Below are positions 11,046 through 24,398 of a stretch of 64,000 bases of DNA, one piece after another. Source of the stretch: Vairimorpha necatrix (Eukaryota); NCBI GenBank assembly GCA_036630325.1, contig CP142731.1:558001-622000 (forward strand). Reading direction: 5' to 3'. The notes under the pieces were generated by a model. The model did no database searches, was not told where the DNA came from, and was given only the letters and a program-made list of their open reading frames with translations. Both the position numbers and the translations under genes were made by a program. Numbering within the stretch: the stretch's first letter is position 1; every line of letters starts with the position of its first letter.

Positions 11046-11157
11046 AATTATTGATGATTTTTTCTTTATTAGTGGAGTTTTTGGTGGCTTGGAGGCTTTT
11101 CTTCGTTTTGCTGATTCTGTCTTTTTTACAATAAACAATTTTATTTTATTTTTTTAT

Positions 11158-12170
11158 TCCTAAAAAAGATCATGAAAAAAGAAGATCGCAAAATCGTAAA
11201 AAAAATTCTACCCCCAAAATGGAGAACAAAAAAGGTAAGAAATCTCAGAAAAAGGGAAGCTCAGTTTTACCAAAGAAAAACTGGTCTGAAGGGCTATCAG
11301 ACGAAGCTCTCATGAAAATTATTAAGGGCGGTAGATACATATCTAAATGCAAGTTCAAGTTAGCTCTTGTGTCTGGACTCGGGTTGGACGGGAAACCCCA
11401 ATCTAGAGATGCCTGGGCAGCGATGATGGAAGTGCAAAGCAAAGATATCACCCTTATAAAACAATTTAAAGACTCGGAAGTAGTACTTCTGATGATTAGA
11501 GAACACGTGTGCCAAAAGGTACTTAAAAAAATTAAAGAAAGATTTGTAATGAAGGGTAGAGAGAAACCAAACAGGAGCGAGCTCAGTAGAGCAAAAAGTG
11601 ACCACTTTGGTGGTCCAAACAACAATTTAGATACAGAAATGTATTTAAAACAACATACTAAGCATGTATATGCTAATAAAAGTTTCCCAAGTGTTACTTT
11701 CAAAAATGATGGAGAAATGAAATATTTTCTCAAGAAAATCAAAATTCTTTCAGAAAGAATTAATAAAAATGATATTTTTGACATATCAAAAAAAGATAAC
11801 AATAAAGATCTTATTGATCTTAAAAGATACATATCTAGCACTACTGAATTAGTATTTATTCAGCAGACATATTTGGAGCTCTTCCATGACAAGCTAGAAA
11901 AACAAAATATCAAATTAAAAAATTTGATTAAAAATAATCTGATCGATGACAGTGATCAAATTACTGAATCAACAAAAAATAAAATTGAGATAATGATAGA
12001 GAATCACTCAAAAGAATGTGTAGAACAAAAGGATAATAACTCCGGCGTTCCAATTGATACCAGTAGCGAAACCCTTCAGTTAGCTACTGGAAACAATGAT
12101 GTTTCTAGATTAGAAATCACCAATGAAGATGTTTTAATTAATGTCAAAAATATCGTGTCTGCTGTCAAAA
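11158..12170 (+). pseudogene. Two joined LINE ORF1 fragments (internal piece 11158-11545; N-terminus from ATG 11549)
   Basis: Homology to 2236-2620 and to 27903-28063 / 12684-13145 / 1613-1795. Confidence 0.8.
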
Positions 12171-12669
12171 CCCTCCACAAGAGAGCGTCCACGTCGCGGA
12201 GGGTGGGACCGATGTTTTTTAACTAGGTGCAGATCTCTAAGTCTTACCAACCTTCGGCTGCTGGTTGGTAAGTAGGGTCAGCTATACTCTAGGGGTGGGA
12301 GACCCATTGCTGGTGAGAAGGACAACGTTAACTTTCGAGTAATTCTTCATATTTTTAACCTGGGAGAGGTTGGGCATGATACTGAAGCTGTATTGTTCCG
12401 CTGAACTGTGTCGTGTTCTTAAATGGTGTATTGAACCAGGCGTTGTGTTTTCGTCAGGTCCGCGAAATATGTAGTCAGAGATGACTAAGGATCTGTTACC
12501 TACGGGAACAAATTTTTCTCCTACAAGCGAGGCCGTTAAGGTATGCTGGCGTGTAAGCGCACTTATTGATGATTTTTTCTTTATTAGTGGAGTTTTTGGT
12601 GGCTTGGAGGCTTTTCTTCGTTTTGCTGATTCTGTCTTTTTTTTACAATAAACAATTTTAATTTTTTTT
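12171..12669 (+). mobile_element. Putative non-autonomous SINE-like unit: structured head + LINE 3' UTR/tail
   Basis: Head 12171-12350 homologous to 28080-28260; 12357-12669 is a diverged LINE 3' UTR with T tail; no ORF2. Confidence 0.6.
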
Positions 12670-14176
12670 ATGATGGTAACTCTAGCGTTACTTTCAAAAA
12701 AGATGGAGAGATGAAATATTTTCTTAAAAAAATTAAAATTCTTTCAGAAAGAATTTGTAAAAATGATTTTTTGGACATGTCAAAAAATAAAAGTAGAAAA
12801 GATCTTAATGATCTTAAAAAGTTTATATCTAGTACTACTGAATTAGTAACGATTCAGCAGACATATCTGGAGCTCTTCCACGATAAGCTAGAAAAACAAA
12901 AAATGAAATTTAAAAATTTGATTAAAAATAATTTGATGGATGACAGTGATCAAAGAACAAAATTGAGATGATGATAGAGAATCACTCAAAAGAACATGTA
13001 GAACAAAAGGATATTAACTCCAATGTTCCAAATGTCACCAGTAGCGAAACCCTTCAGTTAGCTACTGGAAAGAATGATGTTTCTAATTTAGAAATCATAA
13101 ATGAAGATATTTTAATTAATGTCAAAAATCTCGAATCTGCCTCTAAAGTAGAAGAAGAAGATAGATTGTCAGAAGATGGCAAAAGAATGTGTTTAGAAAC
13201 AATTGAAGTCTCTAAAGAAAGTAAAAATATAACTAATGAAGTTGTAAATACCAATAATGTTAAGCTCGATGTAGCTGACATAAATAAGAAAGCAGTAGAT
13301 AATCATCTTAAAATTATCTCAGCAATAATATCTGGTAGAAGCAAAGCTCCAAAGAATGGAGTTAAGCTATACCAAATCAATAAAGATGGATGGAAGTTTG
13401 TCAGACATACCTTTAAGCCAAAGATGCAATTTGGTCTTAATAAAAACTCTAGTATTAAACATACTAAATTAAAAGAACTTAATAGATTTACTAATATTAA
13501 GTAGAAAACCTAGGGAAGTGTATTAAATTTCCCAAAAAGGAAAGCCTGACAATGTCACTAGGCGAGAAAAAAAATTCCATCAAAGAAAAGAAAAATTCAA
13601 GCCCCAAAATGGCTAAGAAGGAATCCCAAGAGAAATCTGGCAAGAAAATAAACCCAGTTCAACCTCAGAAGAACTGGGCAAAAGGGCTTTCTAAAGAAGC
13701 TCTCATTAAAATTATTAAGAGGTGGATGTCCTATATCCAAATGCAAATTTAAATTTGTATTGGTAGGAGGTCTGGGAGTATGGAAGGAGCACCAAGCTAG
13801 AGACGCTTGGGCTGCTCTACTCACTATTGAGAGAAAAGGCATCCCACTCTTAAAGCAGTTTAGAGATGAAGAGTCTATTCTCTTGATGCTCAGAGAAGGT
13901 ACCTGCGAAAGAGCAGTAAAAAATCTCTTGGACGAAATCCCAGAGGCATATGTCTGTAATGACGAGACATTTATGGTGGACTTTCTAAAATCAAAGAAGG
14001 ATTTAATTCTGGAGGAGCTTCTGAGGGTTTCTAGATGAATAAAAATTTTATACCACTTACGGAAGCTTGTAAGTACATAAAGAAGAATTTAGGTAGTGAG
14101 AATTTAGCATATAAAAATTTTATCTACCTACATAGTATGATGGGTGAACCTGCCCGGAAAATGAAGGACTCTAAAA

Positions 14177-16423
14177 ATGAATAAAGTTGATATTCTTTTA
14201 AAGTCTAAGTTTTACAAGAGATATTTCTCTTTCAAAATTCAATATTTATTATCTTTATTAAATAAAAAAATCACTAATCCTACAGGATTAAATAAACCTT
14301 TTGGAGCTTTCAGAAGCCGTAGAAGGATGAAGTGCATAACTTCATTTTATCAGCGGAAAAATCTATGGACTAGAAAACTACAAGAAAATTTCTGTATAGT
14401 TAATATGCAAAGAATTCCCGTCGATTGTAAAGACCTAAGAAAATGTCTTGTAAAAAGAGAGTCTGAATTAGATTCTGCCATTTTTACAATACGAAAGTTT
14501 AGACGTAGAAATGCGCCATTAACAAAGATAGTAGTTGAAAATTCACATAAAAATTTATTGATTAAGATTATTAAAGCTGAAGGCTTCAAAGTTTTAAATG
14601 ATAACAAAAAAGGATTAGAAAAAACTAATAAAACAGTAAAAGAGAACAAAAAGAAGATAAAACTCTTAAGTCTCAACATCAACCATCTCTCCCACAAGAG
14701 AGAAGAACTTGAGTTTCTTCTTAAGAAGGAGAAACCAGAAATTATGTGTCTACAGGAAACCTGGAGACAATCTATGAGACCCCTTAGACTAGAAAAATAT
14801 ACTGCGGTTGAAACACCAAAAAGTGGGAAAAATAAACCAGGGTTAATAACTCTGGTGAGAAACACTGGAGCTATTAGATGTAGCAAAAGGAGAACTGACT
14901 CAAACATTCTGCGAACAGTGGTTGAGTTCAGATCGGAAGGGAAATGGATTAAGTACTTAATCTTAAATGTCTACATACCACAAGACAGGGATCTCAAAAA
15001 AGAGGTGCTTGCCAGACTTTTGTCTCTTCTAGATAAAGAGAAGTTCAGAAACTACTATAGTGAGATTATAGTACTGGGAGTTATGAATATTCAGAGTTCT
15101 TTCAAGAAAAAACTAGTAGTAATTGGTTTACAAGTTACGATGAAGTATAACAGCAAAGATGGTACAAGGATTCTCAAAGATGGAAAAAGATCTAAGAGAA
15201 AAATTGATACCATCTTTAGGCTGAAAGAATATGAAAATGAGAAGATCATTATATCAAAGTCTTGGGTACTAAGTGATCACTTAGTGCTCAAAAGATATAT
15301 CTCACTAACTGTTGATAAGATCTCTGATCAACTAGTCTATGATAAAAAGATGCTGGAAAATCCGAAAGTGATTAAAAGGCTTAAAATGAAGTTGAGTAAT
15401 CAACAATTAAGTATGAATAATCTTCCCGAGATTATTAAAAAAGCTTGTACATCTTTAAAGATCTACAAAAAGAAAAGGGTCCACATTGGACTTACAATGA
15501 GATGGAGATACTTAAAAGTCTTCAAAGAAAAGCGTTTAGCAGCAAAGGCGGTTATGAAAAATCACAATGAAATCAATTTAGCCCGGCTTGTAGATATCAA
15601 AAAGAGAGTAGAAGATACGAAGAAATTGATTCGCAAAGATAGATCGAAACTTTGGCCTTTGAGAGGCATAAAGCTCTTTAAAAGTAATAGATCAAGAGAA
15701 TTCTGGCAATGGCTGAAAAATAGAAGTGTGTCTATTAAATTGGATCAAGTGGCTCTCTCTGACCACAATAAACTTCTCCAGTCTTGCCAAAAAGAGAAGC
15801 TAGAAATAGCAAACAAATTTTATGCTGAATTAGCATCAGACAATTTAGATATTAGTATCTATAAGAAAACAGATCTTGCTGACCTCCCACCAGAGATTAC
15901 AGAAGAAGAATTTATATCTGCATTAAAGAAATGTGGAAACAACAAAGCAGCCGGTCCTGATGAGATTCCAACCGAGCTATACAAACATCTACTCATCAAT
16001 AGAGTAGAGAACAATTTTTTTAGATTCATGTTAACTGAATTTAATAAATACATTAGTGGAGAACCCCCACCAAAATACTGGAGTATGGCAAACATGATTT
16101 GTCTCCACAAAAAAGGAGATGAGACAGATCTGAATAATTATAGGGAAATCTCCTTAATTAACACAATTAGTAAGATCTATCTCAAGATAATTAACGACAG
16201 ATTGACCCAATTTGTTGAAGAAAATAACATCATCTCTAAATACCAAGCAGGATTTAGAGATGGTGAAGAATGTATGAACCAAATTATTTCCCTACTTGAA
16301 GTAGTAAGAAGAAGAGAATTTAGAAGCATGAACACAGATATGTGTTTCAAAGACTTTGAGAAAGCTTATGATAATGTAAGTCATGACTTATTATTAAGTA
16401 AGCTAGAAAATCTAGATTTATAA
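14177..16423 (+). pseudogene. LINE ORF2 N-terminal part (APE + start of RT), disrupted
   Basis: Homologous to 2861-5110; GDMN motif altered to GVMN; stop before Tc1 insertion. Confidence 0.9.
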
Positions 16424-16442
16424 GTATTTGATCAATACAATA

Positions 16443-18030
16443 CAGTTCATTTCATTTTTATAGATACCTTGTTTCATTTTTATAGACATCTTGTTCCATT
16501 TTTATAGACACCTTGTTCCATTTTTATAGACACCCTATTTCATTTTTATAGACACCCTATTTCATTTTTATAGAACCCTCATTTCATTATTATAGAACCC
16601 TTGTTCTAAAATTTATTTTACTTTCCTTTAAAATTTTTAAACCTTAAAATATGAGAAACCTAAATGTCAGAGATGAACTTAAGGAATATCGTAAAAAAGA
16701 TCATTTGCTGAGATAGAAGATGAAACGCAGTTTTATACTCCAAGAAAAACCAGGAAGATGATTACCAGGTCGATAATCGAAAATTTTCTTTTGTTACTCG
16801 ACCTGGTATGAAACTTATTGATATGGAAGTTGCTTTAAATCTCAGTATGTCTAGCGTCAAACGCCTATATAAAAGATATCCTACGGAGAATTTACCAACC
16901 TTTAACTTTAAAACGGCAGGACAAAAAAAGAGTGAATCTTTAAAAGATATTTCTATGGTGTGTTAAATATTATTGCAACGGAAATGGCCCGTAATCCTTG
17001 CCTAGGTCTATATAATTTATCCGATAAATTGCAAAATTTAAATTCCACGGGACATTACTCTAAGTCAACTGTTTGCAGACTTGTTAAAAAAATAGGGTAT
17101 AGTTCTAAACCCTGACTTCGATTCCACTAAGTAGAAACAGTCCTTAGAACAAGCTGTTAAGGTGTCAATATGCGAGGGTAATAGATATCATATCGAATGA
17201 TAATTTAATATTTCTCGATAAAACTGGTTTAAATCTGAACCTTAACAATACTTTTGGTTATTCTTTAAGAAATACTAAGTGTTGTGTAACGGCCCTGAAT
17301 TCGAAAGAGACTAATGTTTCTTTAATGTGTGCTATAAGCGTTATTGGATTATAAGCGACTAAAATAAAGTCGGAATTTTAAATCTACAGATTTTGTCAAT
17401 TCATTAACAACTATTTACCTATTTGTGAGCAAGAGGAAAACAGATTTATAATATTGGATAACTCATCTATACACAGAACATCCGAAGTAGCTGCTGCATT
17501 TAGAAACAAAGGATACAGTCTAAAACTTCTCCCTCCTTATTCTCCACAACTAAACCCCATCGAGGAGTTTTTAAACAGTTTCAAGTCCCGAGTAAAACAG
17601 AGAGCTCTATGTAACAACCACTCCTTTGTTAATTGATTGTATTGAGGACGTGTTGAACACAGAAGTATTTGTCATAAATGGTTACTTTTCTCATATGAGA
17701 GAATTTATCGAGAAAGCTCTTGTCAATGAGAATTTTTTTCTGAATTAATATTAAAAATTTTAATTAAAAACTTCTAAGATGTTTTCATTGTTTGCCATGT
17801 AAATATTGATGTTTATATCTATATCGTTATCTCTTCTTTACGATTTAACTATATAAACTAAATATGAAAAAAAAAAAAATAAATTTTATAACAAGGTGTC
17901 TATAATAATGAAATGAGGGTTCTATAAAAATGAAACAAGGTGTCTATAATAATGAAATGAGGGTTCTATAAAAATGAAACAAGGTGTCTATAATTATAAA
18001 ACAAGGTGTCTATAAAAATGAAATGGACTG
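16443..18030 (+). mobile_element. Tc1/mariner (IS630-like) DNA transposon, degenerate
   Basis: TA duplication; TIR CAGT(T/C)CATTTCATTTTTATAGA; DNSSIH...LPPYSPQLNPIEEF at 17454-17636. Confidence 0.92.
16450..16606. repeat. Subterminal ~22-bp tandem repeats of Tc1 left end (mirrored at ~17890-18025)
   Basis: Repeated TTCATTTTTATAGACACCTTGT-like unit with inverted copies at the right end. Confidence 0.85.
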
Positions 18031-18767
18031 TAAAGGATATCTAAAAAACACCACCATGAGAATCAAAATTGCTGGAGAATTATCAAGTGGCTATAGCTAC
18101 AGAAAAGGGGTGAGACGGGGGTGCCCCTGTTTTTTAATTCTTTCAATATATTCATAAACGATATATTTGACGGCATATATGGTGTCTTGATCCCAAGATC
18201 AAATACAAGAGTTCCAAGACTGATCTTCGCCGATGATATCGTTGTCTTTGGAAACAACATTGATGATCTAGATCGGGGGTCGGCAACCTTTTTGAAAAAA
18301 ATTCAAAATGGGTAATTTCAAAATCTTAAAACAAAAAACGGGCGCAAGCTCAAAAAAATATCTAAGAAAAATAAAATAAATGCTCTGGAAAATTTTTTTA
18401 AAAAAACATTTCGTAGCGAATAATACAATTATGATTTTTTCCAGTATTTTTAAGATAGGCACTTTTAACAAGTTTTAATTTTTTATATTAAAACGAAAAT
18501 TATAATTAAATATATTTACAAGAGTTTTCTTAAGTGTTTAAAAGAATCGAAAAAAAATAAATTTAATGGTTTTATATAGATTATATAGACATTGTTTTGA
18601 CAAGAATGCGAAGAAAATTTCTTCACAATTACTTTAAAGAGGTTTAAATTTTGTTTTCGATTAAATCTCGAAGAAGTAATAAAAATTAACTACGTGTAGA
18701 GAAATACTTAGAAACAATACTTTTTAATGAGATACTTGATTTAGCATGTCATCTGCAATTTGGTCAT

Positions 18768-21700
18768 TGTTGAGTGAAATAATAATTATTTATAGCCCCT
18801 ATTCTAGAATAAATGTTTATGGTGGAGAATATGAAAACAGAGATTAGTAGTGAAAATATCTTGCAGGAGCTACAAAGAGCTTCTTTACTTTCCAGTTTTA
18901 ATAAATTATCAAATGAGGAAAAAATTGATTATTTTATTCATAAAGCCAACATTGAGATACTAGATTGGCATAGTAAGTTAATGAAGGAGAAACGGAAATG
19001 TTCATTAACATTTGAAATGTGGAAAGAGTTGGCAGAAACGGAATTTGACTGCGGTACTGGATTGTACGAATTATATACTTTAAAACAAAAAGAAAACCAA
19101 AGTATTGTGGAATTTATCAAAGATGTAGAAAAGAAATGTCTAAAGGAAAATATCAGAAATACGGATAAAAGGAAGATAATAAGAAATGGAATCCTATCAA
19201 GATATAAGGCTATAAAAATGGTATTAACGGGGCAATATGAAATTAATAAAGAATTCCTTGAAATAATTGATGAAATGGAAAAGGAAAATAACGATATAAC
19301 AAAAATAAGACAACCTGCCTCCAATAACATCAACAAAAGATATTCATGTTATTTTTGCCACAAGGATGGGCATATCGCTAAAGACTGTTTTGCGAAGAAG
19401 AAAAGAACTGATGGTAAACAACTACAGTATAAAAGGATAAATGAGATCCACCAAGAAGGCGGAATGTTGGATGCAAACTTTATTAACAATAAAGAAGATT
19501 TAATATATGTTTATAATGAAAAAATTAATGTAACTTTTGACTCGGGTTCTTACTATAATTTTATGAGTAAAAAGGCTGCTTCTAAACTAACTTTAAAAAT
19601 TTATAGAAGTACAGAGGAAATATATTTTTTAACATGTTTAGAAGAAAGATTCGGGATTACAGAATATGTGATATTAGATTTCTCTTATGGTGGTAAAAGT
19701 TATCGTTCTAAATTTTTTATATTCCCTAAGGTGGAAAAATTTAAAATACTTGTAGGAAAAAAGACATTACAAGAAATATTGAAAAGGGTGTCTAGCAATA
19801 GAATTTGTGAAATAAATACGATAAAAGGAGAAAAAATTGTTGAAAAGGTCTATACACTACCAAAAAAGTTAGAAGAAGGAGTGGAAAAATCTATCAAAGA
19901 ACTACTAAGGAAAAATTACATAAGAAAATCAAAATCAACGTGGTTGAATATTTTAAGACCAGTAATTAAACCAGATGGTTCTATAAGAGTTACTACAAAT
20001 TTAGTTTCGTTAAACAAATTGGTAGAGCTAGATAATTACTCCTTACCACACATTGATAAGCTTTTATACGGGCTTCGTGGAAAAAAATATTTTAGTGAAT
20101 TGGATTTAAAAGATGCATTTTTTGTATAGAATTAGCGGAAAAAGATAGATATAAGACCGCTTTCAGATTTAAGCACCTATTATATGAATGGAACGTTATG
20201 CCAATGGGGTTTAAAAATGCTCCGGCAATTTTTCAAAGATTTATAGTTGATGTTTTACAAGAAGAAATAGGGAAAAGTTGCTTCGTGTATGTGGATGACA
20301 TACTGGTTTTTGGAGAAAACGAGGAAGAACATGATTTTAATTATGAGAAGATCATAACAAAGCTTAAAAGCTATAACTTAGGTATTAATGAGAATAAAAC
20401 AATATATAAGGTTAAAGAACTTACCTTTTTGGGACATTTAATAGCATATAATGAAATAAGCCAAAAATTACACGGGACCAAGCAATTAACGATATGAAAA
20501 GACCAATCAATAAAAAATCACTGCAAGAATTTCTGGGACTTATTAATTATTATAGAAAATTTATTCCTAATTGTTCAAAAATCGGAGGATGTTTATATGA
20601 TCTTACAAAAAATGATATTCAATTTAATTGGGGGAAGGAACAGGATTCTGCTTTTAATACATTAAAGAAAATTGTATTGTCGAGCAGTGTGCTTAAACAG
20701 CCAGATTTTAGTAAACCTTACATATTAGAAACGGATGCATGTGACTCTGGTCTGGGAGCGATCTTGTCACAAGAAAATGAAGGGCATGTGTACCCAATCG
20801 CGTACGCTTCTAGAAGATTGGTTCCAGCGGAAAGAAATTACAGTATCAGCGAGAAAGAATGCTTGGGTGTCCTATGGGGAATGGAAAATTTTAGATATTT
20901 TTTATATGGAAATGAGTTTAAAGTAATAACTGATCACAAAGCTCTAGAGGTCCTAAATAAAGGCGAAATAAAATCGTTACGTATACAAAGGTGGCTTGAT
21001 AAATTGAGTGAGTATAATTACACGATCGAGTACAAAAGGGGGACAGATATTCCTCACGTCGATTGTTTGTCAAGATCTTATCTTAATGAGTTAAATACGG
21101 ATGAAATAAATATGATTGAATTTAGCGAAGAAGAAAAAAGGTCTATCATAAGGAATAAACATATAGAATTAGTTCACAGAGGATCAAAAGTTATTGAAAA
21201 TGAATTAAGGAAAAAATATCATTGGAAAGATATGTCGCATATGGTAAAAACGGAAATTAATAAATGTCTAAGATGTAAGATGTACAATCCACAAAGAGGA
21301 AAAAAATTTATATTTGTGACAGCATACGAACCTGGCGAAAAGGTAGCTGCCGATATTATAGGACCAATCAATGGAAGCTATATAATTACAGCGATCGACT
21401 ATTTTACAAGGAAAGCATGGGCTAAAGTCATTACTACTAGAGAGAGTAATAAGCTAGTGAAATTTTTTGATGAAGTTTATAATGACATAAAGATTAAAAT
21501 ACTAATTCTTGATCAGTCAAAAGAAAATTTGAGTATTGAGGTAAAACAATGGGCAACGAGAAATAATGTTCAAATTCATTATATTTCCCCTTTTCATCAC
21601 CAATCAAACGGAAGAATAGAAAGATTTAATAGGACAATACAGGAAGGTATATATAAAGATAATAGTTTTGGAAATTTGAAGACAAAAACTAAGCGTGTAC

Positions 21701-22099
21701 TAGATGTATACAATAATGTTAGACACTCCGCTCTTGGCATGTCGCCAGACGAAGCATGTAATCCTAAGAGAGCTCAGGAGATTAAACTAAAACAATTCGA
21801 AGAAATCGTAAAATTCAACCAACGACAGAAGAAAAGAGGAGCTGAATTTATTTTTAAAGAGGGAGATAGAGTTATAATTAGAAGAGAAACCGATTTAACA
21901 AAGGGAAAACCTAGATTTGAATCGCAAGGTATAATTATTAATATTTTAGGAAATAATTCTTATAACGTTAAGGTCCATAATAAAACTATAAAGCGACATG
22001 GCTCGCAACTTAAACTAATAGTAGAGGATTATTTTGAATGAGGGGGATGTTGAGTGAAATAATAATTATTTATAGCCCCTATTCTAGAATAAATGTTTA
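18768..22099 (+). mobile_element. Ty3/Gypsy element with 52-bp LTRs and tRNA-Ala-type PBS
   Basis: Identical repeats 18768-18819 and 22048-22099; TSD GTCAT; PBS TGGTGGAGAAT; PPT GAGGGGGA. Confidence 0.93.
18813..22041 (+). pseudogene. Gag-Pol with two frameshifts
   Basis: CCHC knuckle, FDSGS protease, YVDD, TDAC RNase H, integrase over ORFs 18813-20129, 20198-20497, 20494-22041. Confidence 0.9.
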
Positions 22100-22580
22100 G
22101 TCATAATTAATGAGGTAAGATGAATTGACAGCTCTTAAACAGCTTTCTAAATGTTTGTCCGTAAGTTGTGTTCGATAAACGAATTTAAATACGTCATATT
22201 CGAAAAAAGAGCTTCACAATTATATGTGGTTCCACAATATGAAAATATTTTGAGTGCACATTTTCTTAAAATGGGGAAACTATTATCTGAAACCAATTTC
22301 CAAAGTCCTTGTCTAAATAATGAGATTTTAAAACTATATCATTCTTCAAATTAATAATTTCAATTTCTAAGTCGTCCATGTAACTATATGAAAAAAATTA
22401 GAAATTTTTACTGGTAAATCAGAATAAAAACATCAAAAGGATTAACAAAAAATAGATTTATTTCTCTAATGATCGAAAATCATGAAATCTTTTAGAAAAC
22501 TCAATCAGTAATAAATCATTTGCGCCTATGTACAATGTAGGATCGAATTCATGAATACTTAAATTTCTTTTTTTAATTAT

Positions 22581-24398
22581 TGTCGCGCGCGCGAGGCGCA
22601 CGTGCGCCCAGCCCGCACACGGCCCAATTCCCGCTTTTTGAGCCATTTTTCATTTTTTTAAGGGTGCTTATGAAAAATGGCTCGCGCGGGGATCGAATTC
22701 TTCCTCTTAAATTTGACCAGTTCGATTCAGAATTTCTGACCGCTGAGCTAAACTCAGTTATAAAAAAACCTTAAAAATATAAATAAGTTAAAAACAACAC
22801 CATTTTAAAAAATATTTCATAACATCCCTCAAATGGTCTTACCTGTGAAAAACTCGGAAGAATATAAAAATATTCTAGATATTATTGTAGAAAACAAAGT
22901 CGTAAAAGATATTTCGAGGTTTTCTTTAACGAGATTAAGGAAAAAGGCTGAACACTTTACAATTGTAGATAATCATCTTTACTTAAGAGGTATCGACAAT
23001 CTACATTTAAAGGTTTTTGCACAAACGGATATTTGTGCGATGAAGTTAGAAATGCAAAAACTTCACGTAGATGGGCATTTAGGTCAGAATGCCCTATACC
23101 TAAAAAGTAAATGTTTATATTTTTCAATCCCAAGGGAATTGATACGTGATGTTGTACGTGAATGTAAAATTTGCGCTCAATGTCAGCCTTTGAAGACAAA
23201 GGAAAAAATGAAACATATTACAGCAGAATTTCCATGGGAACGCCTAATGATAGATCTTATTGATATGAGATCATACAAGGAGTTTAACGATGGGTATTGC
23301 TGGATATTATCTATTTTGGATGTATATTCAAAATTTGCCAGAACATATCCATTAAAAGGTAAGACAGCTGAGTGTGTTATAGAGTGTTTGGAGGATTTAT
23401 TTGAACATTATGGTGTACCTGGGATCATTCAAAGTGATAATGGTAAGGAGTTTAGGAACAAATTGATGTATGATCTTGCATCAAAATATAAAATCCTTCT
23501 AATAAACGGGAGACCTAGACATCCACAGACACAGGGTCAGGTGGAACGGTTTAACCAAACAATCACAAGGTTATTATCAAAAAAATTAATGGACGAAGAA
23601 ACATCAGAACGAAGTGAAAGGTGGATTGATTGTCTAAAAAAGGTTACTAGTGTTTATAATCAAGCAGTTCATTCTGCGACTTCTTTTACTCCATTTGAGA
23701 AAATGTTTAACAGAGCTGGTTACAACACAGTAGTTCGTAAAAATTTAGAACCTGAGAATAAAGTGTCTTTAGAGTTAGATAGAGAAATATGTCCTGTGTC
23801 TGTTGATAATGAAATCGATTGTGTTAAAAAGGAAGAAAAATCTAAAGAAGACTGTGTATTTTCGAGTTACCAAAAAAAATACTTTGCACGAATGGATAGA
23901 CGCGCGGTACACAATTCTATTTATGATTTTGAAGTAGGTGATACTATTTTATTGAAAAAAGATTTTGATAATAATAAAAAAACTAAGAAAAAAAAACTTG
24001 AATCTTTCTATCATAAAGAGTCTATAGTAATAGAAATTTTATCTAACAATCGAGTAAAGTTAAATTTAGAAGGAAATGAAGTTATAGTAGATTTAAATTT
24101 GATTAAAAAAATAAAAAATTAGTTTATATATTTTGTCAGTACTTTTACTTATAAGGATTCCCGAACCCAACATATTATCTTGAGTTTAAAAAGATTCCAA
24201 TATCAAAAATATTCCCATGCAATAAAAAACTTCTTTAAATCTAAACAATTTAATTATCTTTTTAAAGTAAAACAAATCTATTATTTTTTATTCCTTAATT
24301 TTCCTTCGGAAAAAAAAAATTGTTCTCACTGCGCTCGAACCCGGCAAAAACTTCGTTTTTGTGCGGGCTGGGCGCACGTGCGCCCTGGGCGCTTGACA
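22581..24398 (+). mobile_element. Ginger2/TDD-like integrase DNA transposon
   Basis: TGT...ACA ends, ~40-bp imperfect GC-rich TIR, 5-bp TSD ATTAT. Confidence 0.9.
22833..24122 (+). CDS. Integrase-like transposase, 429 aa, open
   Basis: HHCC zinc domain, IDLID, SDNGKEF, HPQTQGQVERFN; no RT. Confidence 0.92.
   Translation: MVLPVKNSEEYKNILDIIVENKVVKDISRFSLTRLRKKAEHFTIVDNHLYLRGIDNLHLKVFAQTDICAMKLEMQKLHVDGHLGQNALYLKSKCLYFSIPRELIRDVVRECKICAQCQPLKTKEKMKHITAEFPWERLMIDLIDMRSYKEFNDGYCWILSILDVYSKFARTYPLKGKTAECVIECLEDLFEHYGVPGIIQSDNGKEFRNKLMYDLASKYKILLINGRPRHPQTQGQVERFNQTITRLLSKKLMDEETSERSERWIDCLKKVTSVYNQAVHSATSFTPFEKMFNRAGYNTVVRKNLEPENKVSLELDREICPVSVDNEIDCVKKEEKSKEDCVFSSYQKKYFARMDRRAVHNSIYDFEVGDTILLKKDFDNNKKTKKKKLESFYHKESIVIEILSNNRVKLNLEGNEVIVDLNLIKKIKN

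Larger units (their letters stand above)
1613..11157 (+). mobile_element. LINE copy B, 5'-truncated in ORF1, interrupted by a Gypsy element
   Basis: ORF1 remnant, ORF2 split at 5953/10143 with AAAGA duplication, 3' UTR and T tail. Confidence 0.93.

Noticed and set aside
12279-12304. Resemblance to 5S rRNA boxes (TAAGCAGGGTC...TGGGAGACC)
   Set aside because: Short matches with wrong spacing and no rest of 5S; too weak for a SINE3 call.
16450-16606. Regular ~22-bp repeats (CRISPR-like)
   Set aside because: No spacers; mirrored at the other end of a Tc1 element.
20110-20135. Frameshift at the same RT position here and near 60715, suggesting programmed frameshifting
   Set aside because: Both are 1-nt losses in different short homopolymers; the related element near 63980 is in frame.
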